From an uncultured virus (IMG/VR IMGVR_UViG_2061766007_004178) (taxonomy: Duplodnaviria; Heunggongvirae; Uroviricota; Caudoviricetes), in IMG/VR virus record IMGVR_UViG_2061766007_004178: 64,000 bases of DNA; one strand, written 5' to 3'. Positions 52,771-62,702 of this stretch are shown here, piece after piece; within the stretch, counting starts at the first letter, position 1, and every line of letters begins with the position of its first letter. The translations under genes were made by a program, and so were the position numbers. The notes under the pieces were generated by a model, which had not been told where the DNA came from, did not search any database, and saw only the letters and a program-made list of their open reading frames with translations.

Positions 52771-53154
52771 TCAGTTCTTGCTTTCTATATGACCAGTTCT
52801 TCGGCCGTAGAAGTACAGCTCAGTGGCTAGGCAGACGATCGAGAATTCGAAATCGGTCAGCTTGTCTTTTAGACTTCGTAATTCCGCGCGTTGCTTCGAC
52901 GGCATCGACATCGTGCCTATGTGCTCGTACGGCGCTTTGATGATCGAGTCGTTGATGAGCGTCCTTCCCTTGACGCCGTCAGGCCAGATGACATGGCATT
53001 CACAGAAATACGAGCCATCCTTTCGTTCGTCGGCGGAGGCGTCTTCCGGGTAGAAACGGATGCCGAGGCCCTTGTTGTCGTTCAGCAATGTGACCGTGTC
53101 ATGCATTAGATCTATCACACGTTCTTTGAAGTACTTTAAAGTCAGTTTAGCCAT
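52771..53154 (-). CDS. distant member of the paralog family (TGA stop)
   Basis: TVTLLNDNKGLGI..EFSIVCLATELY. Confidence 0.65.
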   Translation of the reverse strand: MAKLTLKYFKERVIDLMHDTVTLLNDNKGLGIRFYPEDASADERKDGSYFCECHVIWPDGVKGRTLINDSIIKAPYEHIGTMSMPSKQRAELRSLKDKLTDFEFSIVCLATELYFYGRRTGHIESKN

Positions 53155-53159
53155 GTCTT

Positions 53160-53702
53160 TTACTGCGCGCTCTTTTCGGCCTGGAAATACGGAAGGAGCT
53201 CACGGAGCCTTTCGTCGTCGATGTTATACGCCTTTTTGAGGTCTTCCGCCATGCGCTTCGCGGTGAGGATGTCGTTTTCTTTCTTCTTTCGGGCCTCCTC
53301 TTTCGCCTTCAATATGCTTTTTAGTATAATATCGAGCTGGCGTCTGTCGAAAGACCATTTCTTGTCATACTCGTCCATGCGCAAGGTCTCTGAGAACTCC
53401 CAGCCGCTCCAGACGTCGCGGCCTTTGAGTTCATATTCGTTATTGTTGTTCGGCGTCTCGGAGAAGCTCTCTACGTGGACTGTTGCTATTTTATTGCTCT
53501 CGGTGAGGAGATAGAGCTTCAATTTGTTGCTTTTGACGCCGTCAATGACGGCGACGTAGAAGTCTTCGCCGGCGTCGTTCTCTTGGCGGATAGCCTCCTT
53601 TGTGGCTTCATATGCGTCACGGAGTCTACTGGCGAATCCATGGAGGCGCTGTGTCATCTTTTCTTGGTCAAGGCAATCGGTTTTGGTTGTTTTGTTTTTC
53701 AT
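53160..53702 (-). CDS. hypothetical protein
   Basis: AAGGAG RBS. Confidence 0.65.
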   Translation of the reverse strand: MKNKTTKTDCLDQEKMTQRLHGFASRLRDAYEATKEAIRQENDAGEDFYVAVIDGVKSNKLKLYLLTESNKIATVHVESFSETPNNNNEYELKGRDVWSGWEFSETLRMDEYDKKWSFDRRQLDIILKSILKAKEEARKKKENDILTAKRMAEDLKKAYNIDDERLRELLPYFQAEKSAQ

Positions 53703-54315
53703 GCTTAGCTCCTTATTTTGTGGCATTAGCCGATCGGGAAGGGTCTGANNNNNNNNNNNNNNNNNNNNNNNNNNNNNNNNNNNNNNNNNNNNNNNNNNNN
53801 NNNNNNNNNNNNNNNNNNNNNNNNNNNNNNNNNNNNNNNNNNNNNNNNNNNNNNNNNNNNNNNNNNNNNNNNNNNNNNNNNNNNNNNNNNNNNNNNNNNN
53901 NNNNNNNNNNNNNNNNNCGCAGCGTCCGATTATGTATTTCATCTCACCGAGCGCTTCGACTAGATTGCGTTTGCAGGCGCTTTGCTCGAACCCGAACCTC
54001 AAAGCCTTGCAGATCGCCGTTTCGGCGNNNNNNNNNNNNNNNAGGTCAGATTGTCCTTCTTAATCTTGATAGGCTTGTGATCGCTTTCGAGAAGCTTCAC
54101 CTGATAATGGCCTTCGGTCACGCTGGTGATTCTGCCGATTATCATGTCATCGGCGTTTTCACATATTAGATATTGGCCAATCGCCAGCTCTTCGTTTGTC
54201 TTTCTTGGGAATTCGTTCATGCGGTCTGTCCTCCGTCGATATTATAATGATATCGTATTCATAGGCGTTCGTAAACAGAAAAAGCCAGAGTTTCCATCTG
54301 GCTTCATTTATTGAT

Positions 54316-54735
54316 TTAATATTTCTCAGTGCCCCATTTCGTAGCGGTCCCTTCGAACCATACGGAATCGTAAGGCGGGAGGTCCGTTCTTTTCTTCACT
54401 TTGGTGAGGTATCTGCGGTAGCAATATCTGGCGAATGAAGGTATGGCGACCAAGAAGAAATAGAATACGCCCATGAAGAGGACCTGGAGCGTGTGGCCGG
54501 ATTCGTGGCAGTCGGTATGGTTCGTAGAATCTTCGTTCGTGACGATGAACATGCCCAATGAGAAACCTCCCCAATGATGGCCGACCCTAGTGTATACGCA
54601 ATTGTGGAAATACGCGTGTCCCTTCGAGAACGGGAGCAAGGCCAAGAATACGAGGAACCCAATCACGTTCACCGGGAGTCCCCACGTGAACTGGATGAGA
54701 TAGAATAGGAATTTATGTTTCGCGATGAAGCCCAT
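54316..54735 (-). CDS. membrane protein with HExxH motif (putative metallopeptidase)
   Basis: FTWGLP, GGFSLG, CHESGHTLQ, WFEGTA. Confidence 0.7.
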   Translation of the reverse strand: MGFIAKHKFLFYLIQFTWGLPVNVIGFLVFLALLPFSKGHAYFHNCVYTRVGHHWGGFSLGMFIVTNEDSTNHTDCHESGHTLQVLFMGVFYFFLVAIPSFARYCYRRYLTKVKKRTDLPPYDSVWFEGTATKWGTEKY

Positions 54736-54989
54736 GAGTTCTCCTACTTCTGCCACCAAAGGCCTTTTTCGTACTCAGTAACGAGCGACTTAGCCGCCTC
54801 TTTGACTGTAGCAAACGCGTCTGTCTCCACGACATCGATTTCGTCTTTGTGTATTTCGACGACATAGTTGATAATGATTTTTGGAGCCTCCCTAGGGTCC
54901 GGCCATTGAACGGCTGCCGTGATTTTCTTGACCGAGCCTTTCTTAAGTACGTTATTATGGNNNNNNNNNNNNNNNNNNNGTGTTTATTT

Positions 54990-55478
54990 TCATTCTAATA
55001 CCTCTTTGAGCAAGTCGAATTCTTCTTGGGTCAACATTCTCCAGCTTTCGCAAAGACTGCCTGTAAAGCTTGTGTTGTACCAAATAACCTTATCCATGTC
55101 AGGATTTTCAATAATTTGTTCAACATCGACTTTCTTTTTCTTGATGATGTCGAAGGCTCTCGCTTTGCGGTAATCCGCCTGGATGTCGGGGATGGCGGCG
55201 TTGAACAACCGGAGGTACTTTTCGTCGGTTGTGGTCATATGCGTGTCGCGAGCCAAATCATCCCAATGATAACGCTTCGCTATCTCTTTGATTTCGTGAT
55301 AGTCTTTGAGCTCTTTTTCGAGAGCTTCAATCGCCTCTGGGTAATTCTCACGGACTGTGCCGTCATAGACTTCGTGGTCTGTATAAACCCATTCTCCATT
55401 GATGTCTTCATCTTGGTCATGCTCAATATGCCAGAGCTCGATCGCTTTGATATTCTCTAATGCTTCGGATCCGTTCAT
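54990..55478 (-). CDS. hypothetical protein, EEFDLLKE family (TGA stop)
   Basis: ATGA overlaps at both ends. Confidence 0.7.
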   Translation of the reverse strand: MNGSEALENIKAIELWHIEHDQDEDINGEWVYTDHEVYDGTVRENYPEAIEALEKELKDYHEIKEIAKRYHWDDLARDTHMTTTDEKYLRLFNAAIPDIQADYRKARAFDIIKKKKVDVEQIIENPDMDKVIWYNTSFTGSLCESWRMLTQEEFDLLKEVLE

Positions 55479-55676
55479 TCTAATACCTCATGTTCTTGAA
55501 GTGTTGCTACATCATATTTGTTTTCTTTGTCTGCGTATTCAGCCGCTTTATTCACGTTCATGAATACTCTGCAATATGGCGAAGCTCCGTATGGTGTTTG
55601 GTTTGTGGTTATTACAACATAGACTTTCATAATAGTTTGAGGTCTCCTTTCTTTGTTCGGATATATTTCATAGGCT

Positions 55677-56060
55677 TCATAGCAGCTCCAGATCCTCCTT
55701 CCCTTCAGCGGTATTGCGCTTGGCGACGGATTTGAGGATAGGCTCGCCATGTTCACCGGTCACCCAGATCGCGCCATAGGCCTCAGTTTCGATGCCTTCT
55801 TCTTCGCATTCCATCATAATCAGCACATAGCCTTCATATGAATAATACGTATGTTTTTGGCCATCTTTCGTCACTACCACGAACGCGTCGCACAGCTCAG
55901 GGACGGTGTCGGCTCGGTCGACAATGTAGTCGGAGCATTTTTTGCAGGCCTCTGGATCAAAGCAGCAGCATAAATCGCACACTTGCCCAACGCTGTCGTT
56001 TTCTGCTGAGAATATTCCGTCTTTGGTTTTGAGGTATTTGCCCAATTTGCTCATCGTCAT
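55677..56060 (-). CDS. hypothetical protein, YGAIWV family (TGA stop)
   Basis: Paralog of 59505-59915. Confidence 0.7.
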   Translation of the reverse strand: MTMSKLGKYLKTKDGIFSAENDSVGQVCDLCCCFDPEACKKCSDYIVDRADTVPELCDAFVVVTKDGQKHTYYSYEGYVLIMMECEEEGIETEAYGAIWVTGEHGEPILKSVAKRNTAEGKEDLELL

Positions 56061-56671
56061 TCGCCTCCCGCGCTTTTGGTTTCTGCGTAAATGCGCACCG
56101 TCTTTGGATTGCGGCTGGTTCGCCAGAGGAGATAATCTTCATCTGTGAAGCTGTTCTCATAGATGTGCTTTTTGCAGCCTGATGCCTTGTATTGCGCGCC
56201 GATTTTAGGCATCCAGCCAGGAGCCAGCTTCGTGAGCACCAATCCGCCGTTTGGGTCCGTCTCTTCCCACTTGTTGCCATACATATCGTAATGCTCGTTT
56301 CTTTCGGCCATGGTGAAGACGAGCGTGTCTAGGTTAGAGTCGATGAAGCGCTTGGTCACCGTTTGGACGATGGCGTTGCCGATGGCGTCGCCGACGGCGA
56401 CGTCGATGCCTTCTTTCGTTCCGATGCGGAGCTGTCCGTAGGCGTGGTGGATGTCTTCGAAATGAAGCTTGGTCCTGCGCTTGACGCCTCTGCAGGCCGA
56501 TGGGTGTTTGTGGGTCTCGTATCCGTCGGGGAAATCGTCTTCGTCGGCTATGACGGTTATCTCGCCGAAGTCTTTGACGTTGGCGGTTTTGCCGACGTAG
56601 AAATCTCGTTCGGCCAATTGGTTTTCGAACTTCTTTTCGAACTTTTCGCAGCCTTCTAGTATCTCAGTCAT
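56057..56671 (-). CDS. hypothetical protein (TGA stop, ATGA overlap)
   Basis: AAGGAG RBS. Confidence 0.7.
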   Translation of the reverse strand: MTEILEGCEKFEKKFENQLAERDFYVGKTANVKDFGEITVIADEDDFPDGYETHKHPSACRGVKRRTKLHFEDIHHAYGQLRIGTKEGIDVAVGDAIGNAIVQTVTKRFIDSNLDTLVFTMAERNEHYDMYGNKWEETDPNGGLVLTKLAPGWMPKIGAQYKASGCKKHIYENSFTDEDYLLWRTSRNPKTVRIYAETKSAGGE

Positions 56672-56692
56672 GCGTGTCTCCTTAGATATGCG

Positions 56693-56932
56693 CTAGATGT
56701 CTTGTTTCCAGGTCATTTCACTCTGGATATAACGGTCTGTCAAGAATGGGCCTCTGAAGCAGCCTCTTGCATCGAAGCAGCTTTCGAAGAAACCGCCGGA
56801 GCCATAATTGATGTCTTGGATATAGCAGCTTCGTCCACCTAAGCATTGCTTATAAAGGATCGCTCTTTGCCGGCGGGTCAGCTTCATAAGCTCTTCCATG
56901 GTCGTGTATTTGCGAATGTCTTTCAATGTCAT
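56693..56932 (-). CDS. hypothetical protein
   Basis: Own promoter. Confidence 0.6.
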   Translation of the reverse strand: MTLKDIRKYTTMEELMKLTRRQRAILYKQCLGGRSCYIQDINYGSGGFFESCFDARGCFRGPFLTDRYIQSEMTWKQDI

Positions 56933-57000
56933 AGGTTCTATCTCCTTAGCGAATATATTATGGCGTAAAGGAAAAGCCGCGTAAACGGTTTTTGCGCGGT

Positions 57001-57411
57001 TTAGTTCCAGGTCAGGTTCGCTCGATGCGAATAGCAGTCCAAGAGCAGTTGTCTGAAATCATCTTCTTGGCCGGCGAACCTGCCGAAGCTAATGTCTTTG
57101 CCTTTCAATAGGTCATACAGTTTCTTGCAGATTTTATAGTTGATTTTCCCATTGGTGTCGTTTTCGTATATGAAATCGACGATGTCCTTATCCAGATTTT
57201 TGCTCTTTATGATAGCATTAAGTCTGTCGTTAAGTTTTTTCCAGTCATCGTCCTTCCATAAGCACATCGCTTCTGCAGAATAGACTTTCTTATATTCTTT
57301 GCCATAGTCTTCATCAAGGAATGAGGCTATTTTTTGCCTCAGGATCCCGAATGAGATATAGCCGACGTCGATCTCTTTTTCAGAGCCTTTGCTTTGTAAA
57401 GTTAACCCCAT
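57001..57411 (-). CDS. hypothetical protein
   Basis: AGGAG RBS. Confidence 0.7.
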   Translation of the reverse strand: MGLTLQSKGSEKEIDVGYISFGILRQKIASFLDEDYGKEYKKVYSAEAMCLWKDDDWKKLNDRLNAIIKSKNLDKDIVDFIYENDTNGKINYKICKKLYDLLKGKDISFGRFAGQEDDFRQLLLDCYSHRANLTWN

Positions 57412-57439
57412 AGCTGTTTCTCCTATGCTTTGTCGTGTT

Positions 57440-57769
57440 TCATCGTCTGTTTTCCTTATTGTATTCTTTGAACTTTTCGAACGCTTTTCGTGGAGCCCTT
57501 ACCTTTAGGAGCCAGCAGCCGACGCCATCTTCGCTGAACTTGCGCAGTTGCTCTCTTTCGAGCTCTCGTATCGTCTTGGCTATCTCTGGGTGATCTTGCG
57601 CCAGAAGCCATGTGCTTTCTTCGAACGACACGCAGCATGTTTCGCCGTCGGGCGTTCTGAAATACTTGTCGACGAACCTCGCTTTGGGACTGGGATTCAG
57701 CGACACTGTGAACATAGGGCCGAGCCAGTTCGCGCCGAATGTGAACGATTCTTTGGTTTTGGTTTTCAT
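57440..57769 (-). CDS. hypothetical protein (leaderless, TGA stop)
   Basis: TTTACG-17-CATAAT then ATG 6 nt later. Confidence 0.6.
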   Translation of the reverse strand: MKTKTKESFTFGANWLGPMFTVSLNPSPKARFVDKYFRTPDGETCCVSFEESTWLLAQDHPEIAKTIRELEREQLRKFSEDGVGCWLLKVRAPRKAFEKFKEYNKENRR

Positions 57770-57819
57770 GTTTGTATTATGCCGCGATTCGTCGGCTTCG
57801 TAAATGGTTTTTGCGATGG

Positions 57820-58132
57820 CTAGCCGATGATATTCTGATGGCGCGCGACTTCCGCCGGCACCTTGATGTCGCCGGGTCTTTCGTCGGAGTCGAGCCACAT
57901 CTGCTTGAATGGCGTTCCAGGCTTTTTGCTGGTTTTGACGACGCAGAGTCTGAGCGGATAGCCCATCTCATCATAGGAGATGAACGAGCTTTCTGTGACT
58001 ACCTTGAAGCATTCGTTTTTCTTTTCGCTCACATCTTCGATGATGTAGGCCGTCAATACAGCCGCCGCCCAACCGATAGAGATAAATGCGACCGCGAGAG
58101 CGATCAGCTCTAATATGCTTAGCGTAAACATA
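57820..58132 (-). CDS. membrane-anchored hypothetical protein
   Basis: N-terminal hydrophobic helix. Confidence 0.6.
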
Positions 58133-58135
58133 TGA

Positions 58136-58615
58136 TTATTCAAGCTCCTCTCTGGTGAACGCCCAGGTTTTGCCGTAGTCTTTAAGCGCCCACCATTCCG
58201 CCTCGTCGAAGTTATAATGGCTGGAAGTCAGATACCAGCTGTTAAGGCCGTCATAGTTTCTCTCTAAGGTGACGTAGAATTTTCCGATGCCCTGCTCGCC
58301 CGTCTGTTCGCCTAGGAAGTTGACTTGCTTATATTTGGCGTAAACGCCTTGCGTCAGCGCTTTGAGCACTACGTCGGCTGGGCAGCCGAGGTTTTCCTCG
58401 AGGGCTTCCAATTTCGCGGCGGCTTCCTTCTTGCTGAGCTTGCTGCATTTTGCGGGAAGTTCTTCGTCTGGGATTTTCTCCAATCCGTCTAGATTGAAGC
58501 CGAAGAATATGATTTCGTATAAGAGCCATAAGCCGAATGGGATGGTGACACCCAATCTCCAGCCTAAAGGCAAATCATTAACCCATACGCATACGATGGC
58601 TAAGATGCTTAACAT
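58136..58615 (-). CDS. hypothetical protein, DYGKTW family
   Basis: Paralog of the adjacent gene. Confidence 0.65.
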   Translation of the reverse strand: MLSILAIVCVWVNDLPLGWRLGVTIPFGLWLLYEIIFFGFNLDGLEKIPDEELPAKCSKLSKKEAAAKLEALEENLGCPADVVLKALTQGVYAKYKQVNFLGEQTGEQGIGKFYVTLERNYDGLNSWYLTSSHYNFDEAEWWALKDYGKTWAFTREELE

Positions 58616-58983
58616 TTCGTTTGTCCTCCTTTTTCCAGCTCTTCTTTGGTGAGAGCCCAACCGCCCGGCGTTTTCTTGCCGTAGTCTTCGAACTTGAAGT
58701 ATTTGAATTGCGCGTCCTCGTCGTCGCCCCAGGCATAGTAGACCTTGACGAGATACTTGCGGCCGATATAGCTGACGTCGGAATGATAGATGTACCCTCG
58801 ATCGTCTATCTCATAGACGCCTTGTTTGAGCGCCTTGAATAAAACGTCGATAGGACAGCTGAGCGCGTCTTCGATGTCTTCGACCTCGCTGAGCTTATCG
58901 TAGATGGCGAGCTTAAGCTCGAAGTCTTCAAGACCTGCGGCGGTATTCGGCATGTGAGTGTTTTTATCGGTCAATCTGGTCAT
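58609..58983 (-). CDS. hypothetical protein, DYGK..WALT family
   Basis: CPIDVLFKALKQGVY. Confidence 0.7.
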   Translation of the reverse strand: MTRLTDKNTHMPNTAAGLEDFELKLAIYDKLSEVEDIEDALSCPIDVLFKALKQGVYEIDDRGYIYHSDVSYIGRKYLVKVYYAWGDDEDAQFKYFKFEDYGKKTPGGWALTKEELEKGGQTKC

Positions 58984-59411
58984 GAGAATATCTCCTTGAG
59001 AAGGTCGAACTCGTCTTGGGCGAGCTCTGGGAACTTGCTTCGTGAATCGGTATGCATGTTGTTGTACTCCTCCAAAGATCCGAGCGCTTTAACGAGCTTG
59101 ACGTTCACAGTCTTCTTTTTAAGCACCTCAAGCGCCTCGAGCTTCTTTTTGACTTCTGGGCAGTTGTCGAGAAAGAACTTCTCAAAGGCTTTGTCGACAG
59201 TGGTAGTCCCGACGATTTTCTTTTCTTCACCGGTCCTGACCGTTCCGATGAAGTTAAGCACTTCTTCGTAGGATTCGATTTTCGCCAAGCATTCATTTTG
59301 CTCTTTTTCGTCAAAATGAGGATGAACGCTTATTAGATAAGATAATCTATCTTTCGCTTCTTCTAGCTTCTTCTTAACGAAGTCATAGATTTCTTTTTCT
59401 GTTCTTTTCAT
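58980..59411 (-). CDS. hypothetical protein, DEFDLLKE family (TGA stop)
   Basis: ATGA overlap. Confidence 0.7.
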   Translation of the reverse strand: MKRTEKEIYDFVKKKLEEAKDRLSYLISVHPHFDEKEQNECLAKIESYEEVLNFIGTVRTGEEKKIVGTTTVDKAFEKFFLDNCPEVKKKLEALEVLKKKTVNVKLVKALGSLEEYNNMHTDSRSKFPELAQDEFDLLKEIFS

Positions 59412-59504
59412 AGTGGTTGGTCCTTACTGTTTCTTCTTCGTTCGCATGATTATAATATCACGAAGAAAAAAACATGCAAACGGTTTTTTCGCATGTTTGT
59501 GATT

Positions 59505-59915
59505 TTATTTCCAGACAGGTTTTCCCCACTCATATTTCGCGGGCAATTCGAACTTGCCTGTTTCTTTGTTGTATCTCATGGCGTAGAGAAGCCCCTTGCC
59601 GTCGACCCAGATGGCTCCGTATACGTGGTCTTCAGGCTTAAGCTCGAACAGCTCAGGCTGCGGCGATGAGTCGAACGCGTACTTCCAAAGCCTGGTGCCG
59701 TCTTGCTTAACGCTGTCGAGGACGATCGCGCCGACGCCTTCGAGAACCGTGGCGTCGATGAGCTCTTCCGGATTCTCTGCCGTGCCGTGGACCTCGCAAT
59801 GCCAATCATCAAGGTATTCTCTGCCGCTGGCGACTAGATACGATTTGTTCCAGAAGTCGTCTAAATAGGTCTTTATCACCTCAAAGATGCCGTCGTTAGT
59901 TTTAATGTAAAGCAT
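59505..59915 (-). CDS. hypothetical protein, YGAIWV family
   Basis: YIKTNDGIF..VYGAIWV. Confidence 0.7.
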   Translation of the reverse strand: MLYIKTNDGIFEVIKTYLDDFWNKSYLVASGREYLDDWHCEVHGTAENPEELIDATVLEGVGAIVLDSVKQDGTRLWKYAFDSSPQPELFELKPEDHVYGAIWVDGKGLLYAMRYNKETGKFELPAKYEWGKPVWK

Positions 59916-59917
59916 TT

Positions 59918-60770
59918 TTATATTTGCGCCTTTCCGATGTATTCTACCTCAGACCAGTTAGGGTCGTCTGGGTCGAACCAAGAAATTGTTTGATCTTTCA
60001 TTTCATGTTCTTTGTCGAGCTTCGTTATGTTATCTTTCAATAGGCTTTCGGCGGCAAAGGTTGTGAATGGCTTATGCAGCTGATGTGGCCTAAGATCACG
60101 ATTATAAGTATCCTCAGTTTCTTCAATGAGCTTGTCATAGGCTATCATATAGCCGGCTTTGCGGAATTCGCTGAGCTCTTTTGGTTTTTCGAGCACTGTG
60201 AAATCACGGATGCGCCAGAGATAGCCGACGATTCTTGTGTCCGCAAGCCTGAGGCGTTTGCCTATTCTGTCGTAGATGTCGTTGAAATCCAGGCCAGAGA
60301 GCCTTTCGATTCTGCTTTGATCGCAATAGAAATCGGTTTGGCCGGTCGATTTGTCGTTGAATTCTATCGGCTCGACGTCGAACAGAACGAATCTGGCTAC
60401 CGCTTTGCCATTGGCCAGGTAGTCATCGGGAGGGACATTCCAATTAACCGCTTGGATATCCTGGAACCATTCTTCGCGCTTGTCATAAAACCGATCGCAA
60501 TCGGCATCGAAGTCTTTGCAATACGCGTAATAGAAATCAGATGTGCAGCTGCCGTAGCAGCCGGTCTCGNNNNNNNNNNNNNNNNNNNNNNNNNNNNNNN
60601 NNNNNNNNNNNAAGCTCTGCGCCTTCGGCGCTGACGTAAACGAAAACCTCGCAAGGAAGCTCGCATTCAGGCACCGCTTTCGATACGATGGCGGATATTT
60701 CGCCGGTTACGCCTTTATTAATTAATTTTTGGGCAGGCACGACCGGCAGATAGAGCAAAAGGGTATTCAT
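59918..60770 (-). CDS. ASCH/PUA-like domain protein (gapped)
   Basis: PECELPCEVFVYV, NGKAVARF, EKPKELSEF; paralog of 61768-62361. Confidence 0.55.
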
Positions 60771-61150
60771 TGTTTTCTGCAGACGCATATTTTGGCGTCC
60801 GCTTCTTTGGCCGTTTCTACGGCTGAGGTCACGAGTGATAGCTCAGCTTCGTCGTCTTTTTCGCATCCGACGAATACGAATGCGTTCGCGTCATGGTAAA
60901 TCGCGTGATAGGCCGAATTGCTTCTGACCCATTCCGGAAGGCCTCCGTACGTTCTTTGCGGCCTAAGCTGGTTGACGCCGTTTATGATGAAGAAGAACCT
61001 ATGCTCTTTCTTTTTCTCGAGATAGCTTTTGATGCGGCCGATTTCCTGCTCGGTCAGCTCTTTGCCGACGTTGCACCAGCCGAATGACTCAGAGATGCCG
61101 CTGTCCCAGTTTTTCGTGAGCCAGCCTAAAAGACCTTTGACGGTTTTCAT
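60767..61150 (-). CDS. hypothetical protein (TGA stop)
   Basis: ATGA overlaps at both ends. Confidence 0.65.
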   Translation of the reverse strand: MKTVKGLLGWLTKNWDSGISESFGWCNVGKELTEQEIGRIKSYLEKKKEHRFFFIINGVNQLRPQRTYGGLPEWVRSNSAYHAIYHDANAFVFVGCEKDDEAELSLVTSAVETAKEADAKICVCRKQ

Positions 61151-61320
61151 TCGCTCACCTCGACAGGCTTGACGCCCAAGACTTTGATGTCGATGACCAT
61201 CATGTCGCGGGCTTTTTGTTCCGCGCTTCCGATATCGTCGGCCGCCACCATGATCCAGCGGTCCTTCATATCTTCGACGCCTTCGTCTACGAGATGGAAT
61301 TTGACTGAGTAGCTTTGCAT
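61147..61320 (-). CDS. small hypothetical protein (TGA stop)
   Basis: GAGGAG RBS, ATGA overlap. Confidence 0.6.
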   Translation of the reverse strand: MQSYSVKFHLVDEGVEDMKDRWIMVAADDIGSAEQKARDMMVIDIKVLGVKPVEVSE

Positions 61321-61342
61321 AGGTTTCTCCTCTGTGTTTTAT

Positions 61343-61418
61343 TGGTGCTCCCAGGTGGATTCGAACCACCGACCGCACGATTATAAGTCGTGAGCTCTGA
61401 CCGCTGCGCTATGGGAGC
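61343..61418 (-). tRNA. tRNA-Ile, anticodon UAU, encoded CCA
   Basis: GCTCCCA acceptor stem, CACGA-CTTATAA-TCGTG anticodon arm, GGTTCGAATCC T arm, ACCA end, 76 nt. Confidence 0.95.
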
Positions 61419-61472
61419 ATGGTCTTATTATGCCATATAAGAATAAAGAAGCGAATGGTTTTTTCGCCTCTT

Positions 61473-61751
61473 TTATTTTTTGTAGACGTATACAGTTTCG
61501 GTAGGCTGTCCATCGGCATACCAGCCGGCCTCGACGAAATCGTTGCAGGCCTCATGGTATTTCAAAGGCGTCTTGTCGTATTTCCAAAGGCTGCCATAGC
61601 GGATATAGAACCTGAAATCGTAATGGCAGGCGTTGCAGATCGAATATTCGTCTTGCTTGCCTTTGAAGCTGTAGTCTATGTCATCGATGTCAAGCTTCGC
61701 GCCGCAGAGCGGGCAGGTCTTGATGTATGCTTCGTTGTCTAAATAGCTCAT
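61473..61751 (-). CDS. zinc-ribbon protein
   Basis: CPLCG, CNAC. Confidence 0.65.
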   Translation of the reverse strand: MSYLDNEAYIKTCPLCGAKLDIDDIDYSFKGKQDEYSICNACHYDFRFYIRYGSLWKYDKTPLKYHEACNDFVEAGWYADGQPTETVYVYKK

Positions 61752-61767
61752 GGTTTCGGATTCCTCC

Positions 61768-62361
61768 TTATACATAGCGCCAGCCATGTGGGATTCCGGT
61801 CAAAGGCTCGTAGACGTGATTGCAGATATCGTACTCAAGGTCTGGGCTGTTGTGCTTGCACTTCTCGCAATTCCCGTCGCACATATGATAGATTTCTTTG
61901 AGCTCCATCGGTTTCTCCAATTTCGATAGCTCATTGATGAACCAGGCATATCCATAGGAATTGGCGCCGAGATATTTTAATAGCTCGCCTGTGCTGAGCT
62001 TGGATTTTTCGAACATCTCGTCTTTTGCCCAGACATGGTTTTCCCCGCTGACATGGGTACGATAGTTCTCGCCATTCCATTTGCAGTTGACGCAGACCCT
62101 ATCGAAGTCTTTCAGCACGAACTTAGCGACGACTTTGCCGTTGAGCGCATAGCTTGGCCTAAAGTTTTTGTTGTATTCTTCGGCAAAATATTCGCCGGTC
62201 GTACGCTCTTTGAAGAGCAATGAGCCTTTCTTGGCCACGTAAACGAGGACTTCGCAAGGCAGCTCGCAATCAGGTATGCTTTTGCGCACTTCGATCGTCG
62301 CCTTGCCATTGAGCAACAATGCCGCGCGCTCTGGGCTGACCACTAATATAAGACGTCTCAT
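61768..62361 (-). CDS. ASCH/PUA-like domain protein
   Basis: LLNGKATIEVRK, NGKVVAKF, GYAWFI. Confidence 0.7.
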   Translation of the reverse strand: MRRLILVVSPERAALLLNGKATIEVRKSIPDCELPCEVLVYVAKKGSLLFKERTTGEYFAEEYNKNFRPSYALNGKVVAKFVLKDFDRVCVNCKWNGENYRTHVSGENHVWAKDEMFEKSKLSTGELLKYLGANSYGYAWFINELSKLEKPMELKEIYHMCDGNCEKCKHNSPDLEYDICNHVYEPLTGIPHGWRYV

Positions 62362-62372
62362 TCTAGCGCTCC

Positions 62373-62606
62373 TTATGGCCTGACGTTTCCGTCAGGGTCG
62401 AGCCTTTTGATCTCGAAGGCGTATCTGTTGGAGATCTTGGAAAGGTGCCTGGCATGCGTCCTTGCAGCCGTATCGCCTGTATGGTAATTGACGAAGTATT
62501 CGTCGCCTCCGCAGACTCTTTTCACGATGCCTAATTCGACTTTGGTTCCGTTCGTGTAGATGACCGGTTCGCCGACGTCGTATTCAGGGTATTCTCTTTC
62601 GTTCAT
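62373..62606 (-). CDS. hypothetical protein
   Basis: AGGAG RBS. Confidence 0.6.
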   Translation of the reverse strand: MNEREYPEYDVGEPVIYTNGTKVELGIVKRVCGGDEYFVNYHTGDTAARTHARHLSKISNRYAFEIKRLDPDGNVRP

Positions 62607-62702
62607 TCTGAAGGCTCCTTTCTTTTGATTGGGTTTATTATGTCGTAATTCTGACATAAAGTAAACGGCGAAATGCGATTATCGAAAAATCGCTTGCGTT
62701 TC

